Source: Eledone cirrhosa | Lineage: Eukaryota | Reading direction: 5' to 3' | NCBI GenBank assembly: GCA_964016885.1 | Contig: OZ024742.1 | Location: 189,720,001-189,784,000 of the forward strand | Length of the DNA: 64,000 bases | Part shown: in pieces, positions 41,895 to 53,460 of the stretch | Position numbering within the stretch: the first letter of the stretch is position 1 | Layout of the letters: every line of letters starts with the position of its first letter | The notes under the pieces: generated by a model | What the model saw: the letters and a program-made list of their open reading frames with translations, nothing else | The model's database searches: none | Told to the model about the DNA's origin: nothing | Made by a program: the position numbers and the translations under genes

Positions 41895-42664
41895 GGCGGT
41901 GGATTGGCAGAATTGGTTGAGATTTGGACACCCTGCTTCACAGCATAGAGTTTCTGAGTTTAAATCCTGCCAAGGTTAGTTTTGCCTTTCATCCTTACAA
42001 GGTCAATAAAATAAAGCACCAGTCGCTCACTGGGGTCAATTTTATCGACTTTCCCCACTCCCCAAATTGCTGACCTTGGTGCTAAATCAGAAACCATTAT
42101 CGAGGTCAACTTTGCCTTTCATCCTTACGGGGTCGATAAAATACAGTACCAGTAATGTACTGGTTAATTGCTGGCCTTGTACCAAAAGTAGAAACATTAA
42201 TATTATTATTATGGAGGTGGATAAAATAAAGTACCAGTAATGAACTGGGGCAGATTTGGCCGACTTTTCCCTTCCCTTCAAATTGCTGGCCTTGTGCCAA
42301 ATGTAGAGACAATTATTATTATTATTATAATTCTGATCACTGTAATAATAAGTGTTTCTACTTTAGGCACAAGGCCAGCAATTACCCAGTGTATTACTGG
42401 TACTTTATTTTATCGACCCCGTAAGGATGAAAGGCACAGTCAACCTCGGCAGGATTTGATCACTGTAATAATAATAATAATAATTGTTTCTACTTTTGGC
42501 ACAAGGCCAGCAATAACCCAGTGCATTACTGGTACTTACTTTATTTTATCCTTACGGGGTCGATAAAATAAAGTACCAGTAATGCACTGGTTAATTGCTG
42601 GCCTTGTGCCAAAAGTAGAAACAATTATTATTATTATTATTATTATTACAGTGATCAGAATTAG
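41895..42664. mobile_element. Cluster of about six family A SINE pieces in both orientations
   Basis: Repeated ATAAAGTACCAGT and TTGCTGGCCTTGTGCC segments separated by (ATT)n. Confidence 0.9.
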
Positions 42665-42946
42665 AAAGTCTTGTTACAAATGACATTGTTAATTGCAGAA
42701 TCAAATTAAGGAAACTCTAAATAGTAAAATATAAATCTAAAGCTGTAACAAAAGAAAATAGTTTGCTGAAGGATAGCTAAGGAATCAGTTTTAAATGTAC
42801 TAGAGAACTAATGTTATCAAAATGGATCCAATTTAAGGAGTTGTTCTCAAGAAACAAATGTGAATTTCATGTAAGTAAAAAAAGAACAACTAATTTATTG
42901 TTGGAGTTTATATTTTAACACAGTTCTTAGATATATATATATATAT

Positions 42947-43284
42947 GGAGGCACATGGCTTAGTGGTTAGAGCCTTGCAATCAAAAGGTTGTGAATTCAA
43001 TTCTCAGACTGGGTGATGTGTTGTGTCCTTGAGCAAGACACTTTATTTCACATTGCTCCAGTTTACTCAGCTGTAGAAATGAGATGATAGAGACTGGGGT
43101 CCCTATCATTCCACTGCAAAGTGGTCGTGGAGGTGCCACGGCAAAAAAGCACCCAGCCCACAGTGTAAATGAGGTTGGTGTTAGGAAGGGCATCCAGCTG
43201 TAGAAATCAAGCCAGAATCAGTTCCCGTCCCACCCTTGCAAGCAGGGAAAAGCGGACGTAAAATGATGATGATGATGATGATGA
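42947..43284 (+). mobile_element. SINE family B with RTE-type 3' tail
   Basis: tRNA-like head, CCTTGAGCAAGACACTT core, and GGTGTTAGGAAGGGCATCCAGCTGTAGAAA shared with the RTE 3'UTR near 46050. Ends CGGACGTAAAA(TGA)n. Confidence 0.92.
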
Positions 43285-43544
43285 TATATCATCATCATCA
43301 TCATCATAATTTTACATCCGCTTTTCCCTGCTTGTAAGGGTGGGACATATATATATATGTGTGTGTGTATGTGTGTGTGTTGTGTATGTTTGTGCATGTG
43401 TGTGTATGTGTGTATACATATAAATATGTATATATATATATATATTGAGTTCTTTATGCCTGCCTCAAACAATTCAATTGGTATCTGCTATATTGTGGCT
43501 ACAACTTTGATTTATACCTACTATTATTATTATTATATATATAT

Positions 43545-43738
43545 GGCGGTGGATTGGCAGTATTCGTAGAGGGTCGGACGCCATGCTTTCCAGCATAGTT
43601 ATGTCCCTTTACGATCTGAGTTCAAATCCCGCCAAGGTTGACTTTGCCTTTCATCCTTACGGGGTCGATAAAATAAAGTACCAGTAATGCACTGGGTAAT
43701 TGCTGGCCTTGTGCCTAAAGTAGAAACAATTATTATTA
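43545..43738 (+). mobile_element. SINE family A, complete copy
   Basis: GGCGGTGGATTGGCAGTATTCGTAGAG head, GAGTTCAAATCCCG B-box, ACTTTGCCTTTCATCCTTACGGGGTCGATAAAATAAAGTACCAG core and (ATT)n tail. Confidence 0.93.
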
Positions 43739-44113
43739 TATATATATATGTGTGTATGTGTTTGTACATATATTTATTATTTTATGTTTTTATTATTTTA
43801 CTTATTTCACTCAGACTGTGGCTATGCAAAAGTATTGATTTAGTTGACCATATCGACCTCTGTACTTATTTTAAGAATCTACTTTTGACAAACCACTGAG
43901 GTATGGGGCATAAATAAAGACACAATCACAAATATAAACACACACACATAGACATGTATATATATATATATATATACTAATTGTTGGAAATGGAAAGGCT
44001 AGAGCTCAGCCGTCGGGCCCTGGCACTTTATAATATAGCCATACTCTACTATCCCAAGATATTGAATACACAGTTAAGTAATGGTCTAATTAGTTTTAGC
44101 TGGTATATATCTG

Positions 44114-44156
<43 letters not shown>

Positions 44157-44379
44157 CACACATGCACACACACATATATATATATACACACACATGCACA
44201 CACAGACACACATATGTATATATATATTATTGAAGTTAGGAAAGTTGGTTGATAAAATAATCCACCAACTTTAGTTGTAAACAGACAAAGCATTCTATGA
44301 CTTAAGGTAACAACCAAAGTGTCAATATTATAAAGAAGAGCAACGGTTTTAAATGTACATCCTCTGTTTATTACATAAT

Positions 44380-44450
44380 CCTGTTATACATATTTTGAAA
44401 ACGTCAAAGTGATTGCATAATAACCCTTTGAAGTGTTCTCTTCAGACAGG
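44380..44450 (-). ncRNA. Decayed type I hammerhead motif (G12 to A)
   Basis: CCTGT-CTGAAGA-[gaacacttcaaag...ctttgacgttttc]-AAA-ATATGTAT-A-ACAGG with AATAAA just downstream, inside a TA-flanked insert at about 44230-44520. Confidence 0.7.
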
Positions 44451-44523
44451 TGCAAAGTTGTAGTGTTTTGTTTTTGACATGCTACTGGAGTGGACTACTA
44501 CCACCACTAACTGCAGTAGCATG

Positions 44524-44568
<45 letters not shown>

Positions 44569-45810
44569 CCAGGGAGTGTAACGTGAAGTTACTGTAAGTT
44601 CACCCAGGTAAACACTCAATGTTTAGATTCACGTCTTCAGCAAGGTATAGAGCTAAGCAGAGTGTAAATATAATAATACAAGGACGATTTGTTAAGCCTT
44701 CATTACCTTTACTGATTGGTAATGTGTGTTTCGCTATTGATCAGCTCAAGGCTCAATCACAATCGATCTGGCTCGACTCTGGAATCAAAAGCTTGTCGGA
44801 CCTCTGCTGTTGTAATGACATATTTATATATGATTGTGTGCATATATATACACACACATACAATAGGCTTCTATATTTTCTGTCAAGTAAATTCCACTCA
44901 CAAAGCATTGGTCAATCTAAAGCTATAGTAGAAGACACTTGCCCAAGTTGTCCAGTAGCTGGAACGAATCCAGAACCAACTGATTGTGAAGAGAACATCT
45001 TAACCACTTGCCTATTCTTGCACCTATAAATATGCATGTATGTGTATGTATATGTATGTGTGTATGTATATATATATGTGTACATTTATGTATATGTGTG
45101 TGTGTATCTCTGTGTATGTGTGTGTGTGTATCTCTGTGTATGTGTGTGTGTGTATGAGCATTTGTGTGTGTATATGTGCATGGCCATCAACAACCTCATT
45201 ACACCCCATATTAAAATAGATTTTCTCTTTCTCTTTGTAAATTAATTTTGTAAAATATTTTTTTACATAATATTTTTTCTAAACCTCAAATATTATGGTC
45301 TTCATATGGTGTCTGATTATGGCCTACTTTTGTAATGAAATGACTACATTTTCAATTATCTGTAAGATTAATAATTTTACATTTTGCTGTATAAAATTAC
45401 ATTACTTGATATTCAATAATAATTTAGAAAAATAAAAGAAAACAAAACAATTTTTAAATCATTTAAACACATAATCAGTTATTCATTTTATATATTCCAG
45501 ATCAATATTATAATTGAAAATTCTTTTTATATAGCAATAAAAAATATATACACACATATACAAACATAACATAGGGTTGAAAGGTCTCTTTAGTCAGGCT
45601 GAAAGCATAAGAGCCTCTCTGGTGCTGGTGCCTCAATGAAATACAGTGAATATATTCTGTAAAATAGTAACTGCATGAAGCCATAGAAACGATGCCAAAA
45701 ATAGAATATACAAGTGAAATGTGGTTTTCCACCTTATCTAGACTCTAACTGTGAAACAACAATCTATCCAACACATACCAGTATAGAAAGTGGACATAAA
45801 GGGGTGATGA

Positions 45811-45856
<46 letters not shown>

Positions 45857-45921
45857 GAGTTAGGACCCCGACGGCTGAGCTCTTGTCGTTACAAACTCTC
45901 TATGTATATGTGTGTGTATAT

Positions 45922-47988
45922 ATCATCATCATCATCATCATCAACGTTTAACGTCCGTGTTCCACGCTTGCATGGGTTTGGACGGGGGTAGTCCCACTTG
46001 AGGCAAGAGTGATTGTCTTGCTCGCATAGGACTGTCTGGCAGGTTTTCTACAGTTGGATGCCCTTCCTAACACCAACCACATTTACAGTGTGGGTCTTGG
46101 AGGTTTTTACCGTGTTGCTTACACAGCCACATTACAGCGTGGACTGTGTGTTTTTTTGTCGTGACACCTACACGATCTCATTTGTTTCGGCCTGGATGGC
46201 GCGGCACCAACATAACTTTACATAGAACGGGGTGGTGTGGATGGGGTGGGGGTGGTGGCGGGACGGGGTGTATTTTGTTAGAGATGCCTACTGGCAAGGC
46301 GGGTCTTCTCTGTTAATGAGTACCGCCAAAGGTCTCGGTCCAGTGACATTGTCTTGGAGAGGTGTAAGTGTGTGAGGTCGGAGTTTATCAGCTCGTCCCA
46401 GGTTTTTCTAGGTCTGCCTATTCCGTGGCTACCGTCTATCTTTATTGCCCTGCACTTTGTTATACAGCTATCGACTTTCATGCGCATCACGTGTCCATAC
46501 CAACGTAGCCTTCTCTCGAGTAAACAACATCTGATCCCTCTTATCTCTAATTTTTTCCTTAGTTCGTTTATGCTTTGCCGTTCACGTATATTACTGTTAC
46601 ACATCCAGCGGAGCATGCAAGCTTCGTTCCTCTCTAGTCTGCGTATATCCTCTGCACACAATGCCCAGGTCTCACTGCCATGCAACATTGCTGTTCGTAT
46701 GCAGGCATCGTACAACCTGCCTTTCATTTTTAGGGAGAACCCTTTAGCAGCTAATAGTGGTATAAGCTCTCTGAACTTTTTCCAACCAGTTCTGACTCTA
46801 GCTACTGTACTTTCAGAGCACCCTCCCCCACTGCTGATTTTATCGCCCAGGTAACGGAAGCTGTCCACTATTTCTATAGAACCCTCTGCGCAATTGAAAG
46901 AGCTAGTATTTTGTGGGCACTTGCTGCTACTTATTGCACCAGAACACCGGCCACATGTAAAATCTATGTTCTTAGTTAGCTTACCTGTGATCCCACTACA
47001 TCTTTTATGCACCCATACTTTGCATTTAGGACATAAAATGGAGTTTCTACCTACGCCTTTCCTACACACCGAGCACGACCATTTCCCAGAAGTGACCGCC
47101 GCCTTGTTTTCTTTCCTACAAACTAGAACTTTAGTCTTAGCCAGGTTAATTTTAAGGCCTTTTGACTCTAGGCCGTGCTTCCATGTTTGGAATTTCTTCT
47201 CTAGCTCGGCCATTGATTCCGCTATGAGTGTCAGGTCATCTGCGTATAGGAGTTCCCATGGGCAGCCGGTCTTGAACTCCTCTGTTATAGCCTGAAGGGC
47301 AATAATAAATAGTAGGGGGCTGAGAACAGAGCCCTGATGGACGCCAACTTTTACGCTAAACTCTTCACTATATTCGTTGTTAATTCTAACCTTGCTGACT
47401 GTTTCTTTATACATGGCTTGTATAGCCCTCACAAGCCATTCGTCAACGCCTAGTTTTCTAAGAGCCCACCAGATAATGGAGCGGGGGACTCTGTCGAAGG
47501 CTTTCTCCAAGTCGACAAAAGCTAAGTAGAGGGGTTTACCTTTAGCTAGGTACTTCTCCTGTAGTTGTCGTACTATGAAAAGAGCGTCTGTGGTACTTTT
47601 GCCTAACACAAACCCGAACTGCATTTCATCTAGGTCAATTCTCTCTCTGATTAGTTGCGCTATTACTTTTTCCGTGACCTTCATGACCTGGTCGATTAAT
47701 TTAATGCCTCTATAGTTACTCCTATCTAGGGCATCTCCTTTACCCTTATAACAGTTAACGATGATGCTGCTATGCCAGTCCTTCGGAACAACCCCATTCT
47801 GTACGACTTGGTTAACTATGCGGGTGACCATGGTGTGTCCCACCGTGCCAGATGCCTTCAGCATCTCAGCAACTATTTCCGAAGGCCCAGCCGCCTTACC
47901 CGTCTTCATATCCTTGATTGCCTTACTTATTATACTCCCCTCGACTAACACTGCTGGTCCCTCTATTGGGTCGATATGGGGGAGACTG

Positions 47989-47989
<1 letters not shown>
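45922..47989 (-). mobile_element. RTE-clade LINE, 5'-truncated, with uninterrupted RT ORF and full 3'UTR
   Basis: RT ORF followed by a 3'UTR ending CCCGTCCAAACCCATGCAAGCGTGGAACACGGACGTTAAACGT(TGA)n. TA repeats on both sides. Confidence 0.95.
46278..47987 (-). CDS. RTE reverse transcriptase (about 570 aa, no endonuclease) with an internal PHD-like finger
   Basis: KAAGPSEI, YKGKGD, NYRGIKL, QFGF, AFVDLEKAFDRV, GVHQGSVLSPLLF, LLYADDL, FRYLG, HGSETW, RRLRWYGHVMR and GRPRKTW. The listed ATG at 48035 is in the microsatellite and is not a real start. Confidence 0.93.
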   Translation of the reverse strand, partial: SLPHIDPIEGPAVLVEGSIISKAIKDMKTGKAAGPSEIVAEMLKASGTVGHTMVTRIVNQVVQNGVVPKDWHSSIIVNCYKGKGDALDRSNYRGIKLIDQVMKVTEKVIAQLIRERIDLDEMQFGFVLGKSTTDALFIVRQLQEKYLAKGKPLYLAFVDLEKAFDRVPRSIIWWALRKLGVDEWLVRAIQAMYKETVSKVRINNEYSEEFSVKVGVHQGSVLSPLLFIIALQAITEEFKTGCPWELLYADDLTLIAESMAELEKKFQTWKHGLESKGLKINLAKTKVLVCRKENKAAVTSGKWSCSVCRKGVGRNSILCPKCKVWVHKRCSGITGKLTKNIDFTCGRCSGAISSSKCPQNTSSFNCAEGSIEIVDSFRYLGDKISSGGGCSESTVARVRTGWKKFRELIPLLAAKGFSLKMKGRLYDACIRTAMLHGSETWALCAEDIRRLERNEACMLRWMCNSNIRERQSINELRKKLEIRGIRCCLLERRLRWYGHVMRMKVDSCITKCRAIKIDGSHGIGRPRKTWDELINSDLTHLHLSKTMSLDRDLWRYSLTEKTRLASRHL

Positions 47990-48024
<35 letters not shown>

Positions 48025-48426
48025 ATGTATAGCATGGAAAATGGATGTTAAACGATGATGACGATGATGATATGTATGTATGCATGTAGATCAAGAATGA
48101 ACAAGACAAACAGAGATGCAAAAACACAAATTCTTATTAGTAACCTGCTTGGGAAGAAGTAAATGAGGGTTTCAATAAATCAGACATAAATCAATCTTCA
48201 GGAAATAGAAGGTTCAGAGAGAGAAAAAGGATTGGAAATTAAATATAGAAACGTTCAAGAAAACTGGTGAGAGTCAAGCCATCCATCCATTTAAACCTGA
48301 CTGAGTTCATCCCTCTCCAGGTCTAACCAATTTCTCTCAATATATATTATCATCTTCTTCATTATCATCATTTAATGCCCATTTTGCCTGCTACCAAAAG
48401 CTGGTTTGTATGTATAAATGTATGTA

Positions 48427-48466
<40 letters not shown>

Positions 48467-48476
48467 TATAACAGTT

Positions 48477-48584
48477 AGTTTCTGATGACATGATTGAGCT
48501 AGCATCGTATTTAAAATTGAGTGGCACTGCTTCTAGTGTTCAGCAATTTTTAGACAACTCAATCAGAGAAACAATTGTTAGACT
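48477..48584 (+). ncRNA. Type I hammerhead ribozyme motif with long stem/loop II
   Basis: AGTTT-CTGATGA-ca-TGATTGAG...CTCAATCA-ga-GAA-ACAATTGT-T-AGACT then AATAAA, in a TA-flanked insert at about 48471-48810. Confidence 0.8.
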
Positions 48585-48807
48585 GTAAATAAATTCCCCT
48601 TTTTTGTAGAGTTGACCATGTAATTCTTCACATTTTTTTCAATTTTATTACTCCAAGATAAATTTACTTAGGAATACAAGTTAAATCACAAACTCGCCAT
48701 CTACGTAAACCTCTTCTTGGGTCAAACAAAGCCGTACGCTAAAACTATCCATAATAAGAAGTATTCACAACCTCTAACTGGATTACCTATAACGATATTT
48801 TGTTATC

Positions 48808-48857
<50 letters not shown>

Positions 48858-48919
48858 GTGGATGCTTGTATATATGTATCTATCTATGTATGTATGTTTT
48901 GTTTTTTGTGTAGCAAGAG

Positions 48920-49240
48920 ACTCCAAATCTTCATTAAGACATCTCTCTAAAAGAAGGTTACTCTAATATAAAACCTGCGACTTCATTTGCATCCAGTGAT
49001 GTAGACCAGTTCTACTTTTTGGGTTTCGATGTTCAGGGAGTGGGATTGGCTCCATGCAAAGCTTTTCCTCATTTAAAAAAAGCTTCAAGCACAGGCTCCA
49101 CTTGATATATGACATTTTTTATGAAGAATATTATTGCTGGCCATAAGCAAGTCCCTTGCAGGACTAAAAAGCCACGTCCGTGATGCTTATGCTTAAATAT
49201 CAAGCGATGGTATAACTCGAAATCGAGTTGCTGCCATCAT
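48920..49240 (+). mobile_element. Diverged second copy of the 28770 retroposon
   Basis: Colinear shared motifs and terminal hairpin followed by (TATG)n. Confidence 0.6.
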
Positions 49241-49549
49241 TATGTATGTATGTATATATGTGTTTCAGTGTGTATTTATGTATGGATGTATGTACATATA
49301 TGTGTGTATACATAGGTGTGTATGTATACAAATACATTATATGATGTCACATCAGTGCAAAAAAGATGGAAAAAAATAGCACTCAATATCAAAGTATATC
49401 AGAGTTAAATATATCAGAGTTAAATATAAAATTTTATTAAAAATTAAAAGTGATATCTTATCTAAAGATTTGTACTGGGAAAATTAATTTCATTAATTTT
49501 ATATTAAAAATAGAATTTATTTCATTTTCATTACAATATTCTTTCATTT

Positions 49550-50776
49550 ATCATTATCATCACCTTTAACACTTATTTTCTATGCTTACTTGGGTTAGAC
49601 AGGCTGTCATGTTTTGAGGCTAAACAGATCAAAAGACTAAGTCTTCCTCATATGATCCATTTTTTGCTAGGATTTCTACGACTGGATGGCCTTCCTAACA
49701 CTAACCAGCTTATAGGGTGTACTGGGTTCTTTTTGTTGTGTCACCAGCATTACTACTTTGTAGGATATGGTACAATATTTTCCCTTCAGTTATTTGTTAT
49801 ATTTCTGAATATTATGTTATATTATTTAATAACCTCTGCTTCTAATTAAATCACCTAAATAACAGATGCTACTAACCACTTCCATGGACCCTTCCAGTGA
49901 CTTGAAGTGGTTTATGTCACTGACACTTTTTCCCTCGATTACGACTGTGCATCTTCTACATACAAAGTCTTCCTTTCTTGTTAGTCTACATGTTGTGCCA
50001 CTACATCTATTGAGTACCCAAGATTTACATGTGTACACTGTATGGAGTTATGCTTCCTCCGTTTCTACATACAAAGCAAGGACACTTCCCTGAAGGGATC
50101 AGGATCCTATCTTCTTTCCTACTCACTAGCACTTTAGTTTTGAATAAGTTTACTCTGAGATCCATTGATTCCAAATTCCGTTTCCATAATTACATTATTC
50201 TATGTACTATACATGCACCTTTGATGAGTTGTAGTGCACCTGAGCACTGTACACAATAATTTCATTATTATTTCATTATTATTATAAGCAGAAATTATTT
50301 TCTTGTCCTTTTATGGATTCTGCTATAAGGACCAGATCATCTGCATAGAGAAGATCCCATGGACAGCCAATTTTAAACTCCACTGTTATGGCCTGGAGAA
50401 CTATAATGAACAGCAGTGGGCTAAGAAATGAACCTTGATGAACTCCTTTCTCTACCTTGAATTCCTCATTAAACTCACTTCCTACTCTCACTTTACTGAC
50501 AGCTCCTCTGTACATGGCTTGCACTGCTCTCATAATTCTTCTTCTACACTTAATTTCCTTTAAAACCACCAGATAATAGATTGAGGTACTCTGTCAAAGG
50601 CCCTTTCTAGATCAACAAAAGCTACATATAGTGGCTTATTCTTGGCTAAGGACTTCTCTTGAAGTTGCCTCACTAAAAAGTGGGCATCTGTAGTATATTC
50701 CTGGGCATGAAACCAAACTGCATCTTGTCTAATTTGACTCTATCCCTAATTACTTGCACTATAATTCCTTCTGTAA
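49550..50776 (-). pseudogene. Decayed RTE LINE fragment
   Basis: GVHQGSFLSPLLF, CPWDLLYADDL, PHD remnant (CKSWVLNRCSG...FVCRRC), ICYLGD and an RTE-type tail at about 49550-49720. Contains stops, frameshifts and a deletion. Confidence 0.9.
50190..50285 (+). mobile_element. CR1 3'UTR tail nested in the decayed RTE
   Basis: Matches about 36365-36445 and interrupts the RT frame. ATAA is present at both junctions. Confidence 0.85.
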
Positions 50777-50802
50777 CGCACACATATGTATATATATATA
50801 TA

Positions 50803-50843
<41 letters not shown>

Positions 50844-50851
<8 letters not shown>

Positions 50852-50985
50852 AGATTCAGAACCCCGACGGCTGAGCTCAGCCGTCGGGGTTCTGAATCTT
50901 TTCATATTACCAACTCTACTACCCCTAGTATCGAGTACTCTGGTGGATTATGATCCCTTTGGTATTTTACTACACCCTTTCTGAT
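50844..50985. mobile_element. GAGCTC-family element with a perfect loopless 64-bp palindrome
   Basis: ATATGAAAAGATTCAGAACCCCGACGGCTGAG|CTCAGCCGTCGGGGTTCTGAATCTTTTCATAT, centre 50875/50876. TA on both sides. Confidence 0.9.
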
Positions 50986-50986
50986 A

Positions 50987-51079
<93 letters not shown>

Positions 51080-51673
51080 GTGTATATGTGTGTGTGTGTG
51101 TTTGTCTGTGTCTGAGATTGTATTTACTGTACAAGACATGAAAAAATAAGCAGTAGGGGTGAACATGATTGACTAAATCTCTTAAAGGCAGTGCCCCAGC
51201 ATGACCGCAGTCAAATGACTGAAATCAGTCATACAAGAATGAGAGAATAACACAACACTAAGCAATATCTTAGAATATTTTTAATCCACTATTATCTAAC
51301 GGTCGTTGTTGAGTCACATGGTGTCTTTCTTCTTTTCTTTCTATCCAAAATAACTTGTCATCAGCTATTTGCATTTCGTTATAAAGCAAATATTAGTGCC
51401 AGTGACATTAGCAATGGAGGCACTACTGATGCAGCAACAACAACAGCAGCAGCAGCAGTAGCAACAGCAGTAGAGCAGAGGGCCACTGTCAGAGTTGCTT
51501 TCATTCTATCACTTGTAGCTATAGCAACTCAGCTTTTGTTCTCTGAAAAACATGGTTGGAAAGGTTTCAGACTACAACAGCATATAATATAAAATCATCT
51601 GCTCTATAGAAATAGCTCTAATGTAAAAGTAGTTGCGATACTTTATATATATTTATATATATCTATATATATC

Positions 51674-51707
<34 letters not shown>

Positions 51708-51726
51708 GTATTATATATATACATAA

Positions 51727-51766
<40 letters not shown>

Positions 51767-51854
51767 ATATATCATCATCATCATCATCAACATCATCATC
51801 ATTGTTTAACACCTATTTTCCACACTAGCATGGGTTATATATATATATATACAT

Positions 51855-51900
<46 letters not shown>

Positions 51901-52197
51901 AGCAACATTATGAGTGAGAGACAACTGCAGCAAATATATTTGGTTCAATTCAGTTTAAAGATATGCAAAGATTTAAGATAGACTTATTATTAAATAATAA
52001 AAAAAAAAAAAGTGAAAAGATTCCACTATGCCAGCAAATAATAATAAGAGGTCTTTCTTTTTTTTTATATATTCTGCTTGCAAAGAGAATGGAAGTTAAA
52101 TAATAATAATGATGAATATCATTATCATCATCATATCTATATATATATATACAGTATATATATAAAAAGAACCAAGTTATACTTAGAACATATCTTT

Positions 52198-52284
52198 ATT
52201 TTACATATGTTTCAATATAGAGCAGTGGGCCATACCACAATAGATACAAGGTATTTGTTAATCGCTCTACATATCCTCAGGAGT
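52198..52284 (-). ncRNA. Type I hammerhead motif with a decayed stem I
   Basis: CTGAGGA-t-ATGTAGAGC...GCTCTATAT-t-GAA-ACATATGT-A then AATAAA. Stem I has mismatches. Confidence 0.7.
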
Positions 52285-52781
52285 CTAGATATTGTTTGAA
52301 GTATCAACTGTATTACATACATGAGATAACTCCATACAACGGATGAGGTTCATACAATACCAATTAAGAATACATAGCAAAGCACTAGCAAGGCAAAAGC
52401 AAAATATAAAACACATACCTTTATATATATATATATATATAGATATATATATATATATGTATGTGCGTGTTTGAACAGTAACAACAAAAGTCAGGTGTGG
52501 GTAAAGAGTTAGTTCGTTGTTTTACGATTGTTTCAGAGGGTCGATTGAACGGTGAAGATCAATGTATCGACCAGAATGGTTGTGATTAGGTTACTACCCA
52601 TTACCTGTCTCAAAGTTCCTGTTCATTCAGTTGTCCTCCTCAAAAAACTATCCTTCCTAGGATACATTGAGTTCTAACTATGTTATCAGCCCCACCACAA
52701 CCAGGTGGACTTCCATATATATATATGTATATAATTAGAATTTAGCTTCGAACATTAATGTATACAAATATGTATTTGAAT

Positions 52782-53128
52782 GGAGGCACATAGCTTAGTG
52801 GTTAGAACATTGGCCTTGCAATCAAAAGGTTGTGAGTTCAATTCTCAGACCGGGTGATGTGTTGTTTCCTTGAGCAAGACACTTTATTTCAGTTTATTTC
52901 ACATTGCTCCAGTTTACTCAGCTGTAGAAATGAGATGATAGGGACTGGGGTCCATATCATTCCACTGCAAAGTGGTCGTGGAGGTGCCACAGCAAAAAAG
53001 CACCCAGCACTCACTGTAAATGAGGTTGGTGTTAGGAAGGGCATCCAGCTGTAGAAATCAAGCCAGAATCAGTTCCCGTCCCACCCTTGCAAGCAGGGAA
53101 AAAGCGGACGTAAAATGAAATGATGATG
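52782..53128 (+). mobile_element. SINE family B with RTE-type tail
   Basis: Closely matches 42947-43284. Confidence 0.92.
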
Positions 53129-53139
53129 AATGAAATAAG

Positions 53140-53460
53140 GAATCTCGTATTACTAAAGAAATATGGTATATTTATAAATAAACATTTAGAAAGCCATAGC
53201 TATGAAACACAGTTGCACCTCATTTACACAGACAAAAAAACTATATATTTCCGCCTGTTTTCAAAGTCCAGCAGTTGCAGGAGCGGGAGAGATTGTCCTG
53301 ACGAGAACCAGTTGAGTTCGAAATGCATCGACGACTGTCTCCCTTGCTTCTGCTAGACACCTCTGGGTGGCATTAACTGTCAGTGTGTTATTTATAGCTA
53401 TGGCTTTCTAAATGTTTATTTATAAACATACCATATTTCTTTAGAAATACGAAATTCAAA
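53140..53460. mobile_element. Inverted-repeat element enclosing a hammerhead
   Basis: Arms of about 62 bp at 53141-53203 and 53394-53456. Confidence 0.85.
53293..53334 (+). ncRNA. Minimal type I hammerhead ribozyme, canonical core
   Basis: TTGTC-CTGACGA-GAAC-cagttga-GTTC-GAA-ATGCAT-C-GACGA. Predicted cleavage after C53329. Confidence 0.92.

Noticed and set aside
41330-42664. CRISPR-like repeat array
   Set aside because: The repeats are SINE-derived, there are no unique fixed-length spacers or cas genes, and the context is eukaryotic.
46354-47295. Plus-strand ORFs of 166 and 133 aa, and the minus ORF at 2094-2477
   Set aside because: They are antisense shadows of retroelement RT ORFs.
48140-48205. 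Minus-strand CTGAAGA...GAAA
   Set aside because: Stems I and II do not pair convincingly.
52519-52648. Complete minus-strand hammerhead (TTGAGGA...GAA-ACAATCGT-A-AAAC)
   Set aside because: The core and stem II are too decayed; counted only as a 3' half.
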